NCBI RefSeq assembly: GCF_003966335.1
Contig: NZ_CP034549.1
Span: 1,350,001-1,382,000, forward strand
From: Nonlabens ponticola
GTDB taxonomy: Bacteria > Bacteroidota > Bacteroidia > Flavobacteriales > Flavobacteriaceae
DNA length: 32,000 nucleotides
Reading direction: 5' to 3'
Below are positions 26,154 to 32,000 of the stretch, piece by piece. Both the position numbers and the translations under genes were made by a program. How positions within the stretch are numbered: position 1 is the first letter of the stretch; the number at the start of each line of letters is the position of its first letter. The notes under the pieces are model-generated. The model ran no database searches and was not told the DNA's origin. It was given only the letters and a program-made list of their open reading frames with translations.

Positions 26154-28610
26154 ATGTTTTTAAAAAATATCGTGGTAATTGTCCTTTTATCGGCAATTAC
26201 CGCAACGGCTCAGGACTGTCGCATACAGTTAAAAGGTGTCGTTACTGATTTTCATGACGCAGCGCCACTAGAACTCGCTCAAGTTTACATTAAGGAAGCA
26301 GGAAAAACCGGCACCACTAATGAACTAGGTGAGTACCAGATCAAGAACCTGTGTGCAGGTGATTACACGGTTGTAGTGACCCATTTTTCTTGTGAGACAA
26401 AGACGTTGAATCTTAGTTTGAGACGTGATATGACTTATAACGTCAAGCTAGAACATCATATCAATGACTTAGAGCAAGTAGATATTCTAGCAGATGTTCA
26501 CGATAATCATGACCAGACGCAGTCTAGTACACGTGTAGATCAGGAGACCATTAATAAATATAGTGGTGCAACATTAGGCGACGCGCTCGCGACTGTGCAA
26601 GGTGTATCAGCGCTCAAGACAGGCAATAGTGTGGTAAAGCCAGTTATTCATGGTGTTTACGGTAGTAGAGTAACTATAGTAAATAATGGTTTAAGGCAAC
26701 AGGATCAGGAATGGGGTCTAGAGCATTCACCTAATATTGATGTGAACACCGCAGCAAATATTGAAGTTGTAAAAGGTGCAACGGCCTTGAGGTATGGTGG
26801 CGATGCCATTGGTGGAACGATTATTATTGAACCAGAGCGTTTCCTGGCTATGGACACCTTGAAAGGCAAACTCATAAGCCAACTGCAATCAAATGGTCGT
26901 GGTGGTAGCCTCACAGGAACTATTGGGAACTATAATAATAGTGGCTGGTACCAGCGTGTAACATTGACCGGTAAGCGATTGGGTGATTATGAAGCACCAG
27001 ATTATGTCTTGAGTAATACAGGTGAGCAAACCTTCTCAGGTAACCTCGCGGTAGGGTACCAGCAATTTGAGTACGGTGGTAGCATCAATTACTCCTATTA
27101 TAATACAGAGTTGGGAATCCTGCGTGCATCGCATATAGGTAATAGTACCAACCTTGTAAGATCTATAAACTCTGGTCAGCCTAATATTGTACGGGATTTC
27201 ACCTATGATATCGATCCACCTAAACAGCAGGTAGAACATCATGGATTACAGCTTAAAGGCTTCAAGCGTTTTGCAAATCTGGGAAAACTCGAGGTAGATT
27301 ATGCGTTTCAATTTAACAATAGGCTAGAATTTGACATACGTCGTGGTGCTAACGCTGGTCGTGCATCGCTGGATCTTGACTTGACGACACACACGCTGGC
27401 GGCATACTTACTGGTAGATTCGTTAGAAGATATAGAGTTGGAACTAGGTGTGGACGGTTTGCATCAAATCAACGAGCCTAATCCAGCTACTGGCATACGT
27501 CGATTGATACCAGATTATGATAGCCAGAAGATAGGTGGTTTTATCAGTGCCAATAAAAGATTCCATTCTAAGTGGCTTGTAGATGCTGGTGTGAGATATG
27601 ATTTATATCGTATCGCTGCACAAAAGTTTTATCAGTTATCGCGCTGGGAAGACTTGGGCTATGACGAGCAATTCCCACAATTCGAGGTGCGAGAAACAAG
27701 TACTCAGATATTGACAAATCCTGAGTTTGATTACAGCCTACTGGCTTTCAGTGCAGGTGTCAAATACTTTGTGGATGACCATTATGACTTTGCGATTAAT
27801 TTGAGTAGTGCCAGTCGAGCGCCTAATCCTAGTGAACTCTTCAGTGATGGGTTGCACCACGCACTGGCGACTATAGAATTGGGCCAGCTCGATTTAAGAA
27901 AAGAACGATCGTATAAGCTGAACTTGACGGCCCATGCTGGTAAAGGTGGTTTTAACGCCGTTGATATCGAGGTCAACCCTTATTTAAGTTTAGTAAAAGA
28001 CTACATACAATTAGTACCGATTGGGTTGGAAACGACTACAAGAGGTGCATTTCCAGTGTATCAATATGAGCAGGTAGATGCTTTGCTAGCTGGTGTCGAT
28101 GTAGGTGCCTCATGGGACATCGTTTATACTGAGCTTGTGGATCCTGAAGATCCAGATGGTAACCCAGAGCTTTTTGAATCCTTGAGACTCAACTCAAGAT
28201 TTTCTTACATCTATGGCGAGAATACAACAGACGATGAACCGCTCATACTCATACCGCCTACACAATTTTACAATGAATTGGTCTGGAGCAATGGAATTAT
28301 CGATAATCTAAGTTTTACACTGGCTAATCAATCAGTACTTACACAGACTCGATTTCCTGATGATGATTACGAAGTCAATATACCGGATGATCAGGGAAAT
28401 TTTCAAACGGTTACTGTGGAAATAAGTGAAGCACCTAGTGGTTTTTCCTTGTGGAATGCTGGTGTCAGTTACGCTTTCGCGAAAGCGCAATTAAACCTGC
28501 GCGTAAACAACTTATTGAATACCAATTATAGAAACTATCTCAACAGGCAACGCTTTTATGCAGATGACATAGGGCGTGATTTTCAATTACAATTCATCTA
28601 TAACTTTTAA
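26154..28610 (+). CDS. TonB-dependent outer-membrane receptor with N-terminal carboxypeptidase-regulatory-like domain
   Basis: 818 aa with a signal peptide. CarbopepD_reg-like segment: LKGVVTDFHDAAPLELAQVYIKE then GEYQIKNLCAGDY. Plug motifs: ATLGDALATVQGV, VIHGVYGSRV and IEVVKGATALRYGGDAIGGTI. The barrel ends with FQLQFIYNF. Confidence 0.9.
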   Translation: MFLKNIVVIVLLSAITATAQDCRIQLKGVVTDFHDAAPLELAQVYIKEAGKTGTTNELGEYQIKNLCAGDYTVVVTHFSCETKTLNLSLRRDMTYNVKLEHHINDLEQVDILADVHDNHDQTQSSTRVDQETINKYSGATLGDALATVQGVSALKTGNSVVKPVIHGVYGSRVTIVNNGLRQQDQEWGLEHSPNIDVNTAANIEVVKGATALRYGGDAIGGTIIIEPERFLAMDTLKGKLISQLQSNGRGGSLTGTIGNYNNSGWYQRVTLTGKRLGDYEAPDYVLSNTGEQTFSGNLAVGYQQFEYGGSINYSYYNTELGILRASHIGNSTNLVRSINSGQPNIVRDFTYDIDPPKQQVEHHGLQLKGFKRFANLGKLEVDYAFQFNNRLEFDIRRGANAGRASLDLDLTTHTLAAYLLVDSLEDIELELGVDGLHQINEPNPATGIRRLIPDYDSQKIGGFISANKRFHSKWLVDAGVRYDLYRIAAQKFYQLSRWEDLGYDEQFPQFEVRETSTQILTNPEFDYSLLAFSAGVKYFVDDHYDFAINLSSASRAPNPSELFSDGLHHALATIELGQLDLRKERSYKLNLTAHAGKGGFNAVDIEVNPYLSLVKDYIQLVPIGLETTTRGAFPVYQYEQVDALLAGVDVGASWDIVYTELVDPEDPDGNPELFESLRLNSRFSYIYGENTTDDEPLILIPPTQFYNELVWSNGIIDNLSFTLANQSVLTQTRFPDDDYEVNIPDDQGNFQTVTVEISEAPSGFSLWNAGVSYAFAKAQLNLRVNNLLNTNYRNYLNRQRFYADDIGRDFQLQFIYNF
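28472..28487. repeat. iterated palindrome copy 12 (exact 16-mer, left flank TTA)
   Basis: Inside the C-terminal barrel strands of the TonB-dependent receptor. Reads YAFAKA. Confidence 0.95.
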
Positions 28611-28666
28611 ACTCTCGAGCTATGAGAAACAACAATTTTAATTTTAACCCAGTAAACTTTACAACT

Positions 28667-29254
28667 ATGAAAAAGCCAATTTTTAGATATGCACTAGCTG
28701 CATTACTAGTAACATCATTTGTTGCATGTGACGACGATGACGACTCACCAGAAGAGATCAACCCAGAAGAATTAATCACTACGGTTGAGTACACACTAAC
28801 CAAAACTGACGACGATGACGATGATGATGACAACGACGATGATGTGATTGTTTTAAAAGCGGTAGATAATGATGGTGATGGCCCTGATGCACCAGTGATT
28901 ACCGTTAGCGATAATCTTGATACAAATTCTACCTATTCAGGAAACATAAGATTCTTAAATGAGAGCGATCCCGGTGATGTTGAGAATATAACAGAAGAGG
29001 TACAGGATGAATCAAATGATCATGAGGTGTTTTATGCATCACCGATCAGCGGTTTGCAGATCACAAAAGATGATACAGACAATAATGGTAATCCACTCGG
29101 TTTGAGAACAACTGTAACTACAGGTGCAGCTGGTACGGGCAACTTGACTGTAACACTGCTTCATGAACCTAATAAGCCTAATAATGGTACGGTATCAAAT
29201 GCAGGCGGTGAGCCGGATGCAGAGGTAGTGTTCCCTATCACTATAGAGGACTAG
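28667..29254 (+). CDS. acidic lipoprotein partner of the TonB-dependent receptor (family not recognised)
   Basis: The ORF is open from 28622. ATG at 28667 gives MKKPIFRYALAALLVTSFVAC followed by DDDDD. A second tract, DDDDDDDDNDDD, lies at 28808-28843. The EELITTVEYTL, DNDGDG, FLNE, HEVFY and LLHEPNKP pattern recurs next to such receptors, as far as I recall. Confidence 0.6.
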   Translation: MKKPIFRYALAALLVTSFVACDDDDDSPEEINPEELITTVEYTLTKTDDDDDDDDNDDDVIVLKAVDNDGDGPDAPVITVSDNLDTNSTYSGNIRFLNESDPGDVENITEEVQDESNDHEVFYASPISGLQITKDDTDNNGNPLGLRTTVTTGAAGTGNLTVTLLHEPNKPNNGTVSNAGGEPDAEVVFPITIED

Positions 29255-29280
29255 TTATACTTTAGGGGTATAATGAATGG

Positions 29281-29312
29281 CCGTCTGGACTGCAGAATCC
29301 AGGCGGTTTTTT
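29281..29312 (+). terminator. intrinsic terminator after the receptor-lipoprotein operon
   Basis: CCGTCTGGA-CTGCAGAA-TCCAGGCGG (one G-T pair) followed by TTTTTT. Confidence 0.8.
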
Positions 29313-29371
29313 ATGCTTTATATTTCGAGAATTTGCATTTATATTGATACCACTTTATACATAAAGCGCAT

Positions 29372-29406
29372 AAAAAAAGCCTTTTCAAATTTTTGAAAAG
29401 GCTTTT
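29372..29406. terminator. bidirectional terminator serving the small minus-strand genes
   Basis: AAAAGCCTTTTCAAA-TT-TTTGAAAAGGCTTTT with an A-tract on the left and a T-tract on the right. Confidence 0.7.
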
Positions 29407-29427
29407 ATATTTGATATGATAGATTGA

Positions 29428-29571
29428 TTAATCTTCCATCTCGTCTTCTATGTCGTCTCCTGCATCTTCTATAGCATCGCCAACTTTTTCTCCAGTTGAC
29501 TCTTCTCTACAGCTAGAAATACCTACTGTAAACATAGCTACCATTGCAAGTAATAATATTTTTTTGATCAT
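29428..29571 (-). CDS. small acidic lipoprotein (hypothetical)
   Basis: Hand-translated 47-aa ORF: MIKKILLLAMVAMFTVGISSCREESTGEKVGDAIEDAGDDIEDEMED. It has a lipobox (GISSC) and is followed on the minus strand by a strong terminator. Confidence 0.4.
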   Translation of the reverse strand: MIKKILLLAMVAMFTVGISSCREESTGEKVGDAIEDAGDDIEDEMED

Positions 29572-29597
29572 AATTCTATAGTTTTAAAATTAAAATT

Positions 29598-29777
<180 letters not shown>

Positions 29778-29891
29778 TCATGAACAATTTAGACACTTGG
29801 TTTAAAGCAGTCTGTTAACAAACCATCAATTTTGCAAAATTTGTGATTTTAAAATGTAAGGTTTCTACAAAAGCAATTAGAAACTTATGAA

Positions 29892-31442
29892 TCAATAATT
29901 CTGCGGATTCTCAATCACGTCTTGTGCGCGTTTTTTATGTGCCTTTAATTTATCGCTATCCATTTTCTTGAGATTTGACATGATCATGTTCATACGTTGG
30001 TTGTTCTCAAAATGAGATTTTTTCTCGTCTAGGAAATTCCAATACAGCGAATTGAAAGGACACGCGCCGTCCTCGCCACCTTTTTTGCTCACGCTATACT
30101 CGCAGTTCTTGCAGTAGTTGCTCATTTTATTGATGTAGCTACCGCTAGATACATAGGGCTTGGTAGCGATGATACCGCCGTCTGCAAATTGAGACATGCC
30201 GCGCACGTTGGTAATCTCTACCCATTCTACAGCATCGATATAAACACCTAGATACCACTCGTCTACATAACTAGGTTCCGTCATCGTTAGTAGTGCATAA
30301 TTTCCTGTGATCATTAATCGCTGTATGTGGTGCGCATAGGCATTATCCAGTGAATTATTGATCGACTCGCTCAGGCATTTCATTTTGGTCTCGCCAGTCC
30401 AATAGAAATCTGGCAAGTCGTTCTTGTTATCCAGCTCGTTTTTAGATTGATAATCTGGCATTTCCTTCCAGTAGATACCACGCATGAATTCACGCCAGCC
30501 TAGAATTTGTCTTACAAAACCTTCAACCTGTGAGATCTCTATATCCTTACTATCACGATAAGCCTCGATGACTTTCTCAATCACTTCTTTTGGGCTTAGA
30601 AGCTTGCTGTTCATGGTAAAACTTAAACGTGAGTGGTACAGATATTCTTCCTCAGTATGCATGGCATCTTGATAGTCGCCAAAATGCACCAGCAAATTCT
30701 CACAGAAATAATTGAGTACATCAAGCGCGTCGCTGCGCGTTACTGGCCAGTTGAAATTCTTTTCGTCAATACGGCCAAAAGTCTTCACACCTTCATCTTC
30801 TAGCAACTTTACAATGTCACTCACATCCTTCCGGAACCCTTTCTCATGAGGGATTTCTGTATCATGTTCCCACTTTTGCCTGTTGCTCTTGTCATAGTTC
30901 CAGTCGCCACCTTCAGGTTCTTTGTCGCCTTCTATAAGTATATCGTGCTTCTTGCGCATATCACGGTAGAAATATTCCATCGTCATGCGCTTCTTGCCTT
31001 CAAAAAATTTCTCTACGTCTTTCCTTTTGGTATAAAAATGCTCTGTATCATAGCCTTCCCATTCTATATCGAGCGAGTCGCATATATCCTTGAGCTGTTT
31101 GTCCAGTCGCCACTCATCGGGAGCGAGGTATTCAAACTTTTCTATATCATGTTCTTTGATCAAGTTCTTAATGTTTTTCTCAAGATCTTGCTCATTGTCC
31201 TTATGGTCTAGCTCATAATAAACGGTTTCCCAGCCACGGTCATTCATCCATTCATTGAAACCACGCATGGCAAGAAAAAACGCACAAACCTTTTGAATAT
31301 GGTGCTTGACATAGTCCGTTTCCTGGCGCATCTCTGCCATGTGGTAAATAATGTGCTCTTGATCGCCATTAAACCAGCTGTGTTTGTGGTTGAGTTGATC
31401 ACCCAGTATAAATCGCAGTGTTTTTGGTTTGCTATCGCTCAT
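29892..31442 (-). CDS. cryptochrome/photolyase family protein of the FeS-BCP / (6-4) photolyase (PhrB/CryB, COG3046) type
   Basis: 516 aa. N-terminus KTLRFILGDQL, central GWREFMRGIYW, HIQRLMITGN, and a C-terminal Cys set (YCKNCEY then GACPFNSLYWNFL) consistent with an Fe-S cluster. Confidence 0.8.
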   Translation of the reverse strand: MSDSKPKTLRFILGDQLNHKHSWFNGDQEHIIYHMAEMRQETDYVKHHIQKVCAFFLAMRGFNEWMNDRGWETVYYELDHKDNEQDLEKNIKNLIKEHDIEKFEYLAPDEWRLDKQLKDICDSLDIEWEGYDTEHFYTKRKDVEKFFEGKKRMTMEYFYRDMRKKHDILIEGDKEPEGGDWNYDKSNRQKWEHDTEIPHEKGFRKDVSDIVKLLEDEGVKTFGRIDEKNFNWPVTRSDALDVLNYFCENLLVHFGDYQDAMHTEEEYLYHSRLSFTMNSKLLSPKEVIEKVIEAYRDSKDIEISQVEGFVRQILGWREFMRGIYWKEMPDYQSKNELDNKNDLPDFYWTGETKMKCLSESINNSLDNAYAHHIQRLMITGNYALLTMTEPSYVDEWYLGVYIDAVEWVEITNVRGMSQFADGGIIATKPYVSSGSYINKMSNYCKNCEYSVSKKGGEDGACPFNSLYWNFLDEKKSHFENNQRMNMIMSNLKKMDSDKLKAHKKRAQDVIENPQNY

Positions 31443-31602
31443 AATTTTGGAAAGTAGAGTGTTTTTGGCTTTTTAAAGTCAGTAAATTACTACGTGACTG
31501 TTTTGATTTGCGTTAAGGCTTTCACAGAATTTGTTGAACCACGTGCAGTAAGAAATATGACTATTCCTGCATATTTTATGAGTAAAGTAGTTTTCATGAT
31601 TA

Positions 31603-31637
31603 CGCTTTCCTGCCTGCCGGCAGGCAGGCGCGAAAGC
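31603..31637. repeat. iterated palindrome copy 13, split by the nested perfect palindrome CCTGCCTGCCGGCAGGCAGG
   Basis: CGCTTT + 20-nt insert + CGCGAAAGC. Intergenic, 8 nt downstream of the cry-DASH stop. It is the reverse complement of copy 3 except for one extra T in copy 3. Confidence 0.9.
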
Positions 31638-31644
31638 AAAATTA

Positions 31645-32000
31645 TTACTCACTTAACCACAAGTCACGATATTCATGGTCGCCATCATAGCGATCTGCCT
31701 GCGATTGAATGTTGAAGGTGCGATTTCTAGGATCGTTGCCCACGCCGCTGTTGTACATCCAGTTACCGTAGTTGCTGTGTACGTCATAGTCAATGAGAAT
31801 GTGTTCAAAATAGGCAGCGCCTATACGCCAATCCTGCTCGCGATGCATAGACCAATAGCTGGCTACATTTTGACGGCCACGGTTACTCATGAATCCAGTG
31901 GCGGCGATCTCCTTCATGTTTGCATTGACAAAATTCTCATGCGTCTCGCCTTGCATCCATTTCTTGAGTTCTTTATCGTTAGCCTTCCAATCATAATCTT
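31645..32000 (-). CDS. DASH-type cryptochrome, C-terminal part (gene continues beyond the window)
   Basis: The reading frame is open to the window edge: DYDWKANDKELKKW precedes the track's Met. MKEIAATGFMSNRGRQNVASYW and NYGNWMYNSGVGNDPR are photolyase/cry-DASH FAD-domain motifs. Confidence 0.8.
   Translation of the reverse strand, partial: DYDWKANDKELKKWMQGETHENFVNANMKEIAATGFMSNRGRQNVASYWSMHREQDWRIGAAYFEHILIDYDVHSNYGNWMYNSGVGNDPRNRTFNIQSQADRYDGDHEYRDLWLSE

Noticed and set aside
2218-28487. AFAKA/FRES as a shared functional protein motif or domain
   Set aside because: The host proteins are unrelated. Identity is at the nucleotide level, including third-codon positions. The same word occurs intergenically and reads differently by frame. 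The signal is therefore DNA-level, not protein-level.
28594-28833. Minus-strand ORF starting MSSSSSSSSVLV
   Set aside because: It is an antisense reading of the GAT/GAC Asp tract of the receptor-associated lipoprotein gene.
31494-31715. 73-aa plus-strand ORF (…SCLPAGRRESK…)
   Set aside because: It reads through the composite palindrome and runs antisense into the cry-DASH C-terminus, so it is spurious.

Overview
The window looks like a Bacteroidota (Flavobacteriia-type) chromosomal segment of about 40% GC. It is densely packed with roughly 32 protein genes on both strands, most of them housekeeping. I saw no rRNA, intact tRNA, CRISPR array, transposase or integrase.

Genes I recognise:
- Metabolism and core functions: a crotonase-family enzyme, an S41-like peptidase, a PaaY/gamma-carbonic-anhydrase-like hexapeptide protein, and a 2-oxoacid dehydrogenase E2 and fused E1 alpha/beta pair with a GIY-YIG gene wedged between them. 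Also an ACC-deaminase-family PLP enzyme, a glucosaminidase-LysM lipoprotein, hemL, lysS, lipB, topoisomerase IB and rnhB.
- Envelope: META and DUF4136 lipoproteins, a large tail-fibre-like secreted protein, a large putative porin, and a TonB-dependent receptor flanked by two poly-aspartate lipoproteins and a small His/Cys membrane protein.
- Light-related: two photolyase/cryptochrome genes.
- Four plausible small genes below the 60-aa ORF cutoff, read by hand: DUF5522-like, Pmp3/YqaE-like, lmo0937-like and a small acidic lipoprotein.

The most unusual signal is at the DNA level. One perfect palindrome, CGCTTTCGCGAAAGCG (core GCTTTCGCGAAAGC), occurs 13 times in 32 kb.
- Nine copies lie inside unrelated coding sequences, where they read AFAKA, FRES or LSRKR depending on frame. 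Four are intergenic.
- Two copies are split at the same internal position by a second perfect palindrome, CCTGCCTGCCGGCAGGCAGG.
- In conserved proteins the motif appears to be written in by substitution rather than insertion. That resembles HIP1- or uptake-sequence-like iterated words more than a classical mobile repeat.

The second candidate system is the receptor cluster at 24.6-29.3 kb with its Asp-rich, predicted surface-exposed lipoproteins.

All functional calls come from reading the translated ORFs and recalling family motifs. No database search was run.
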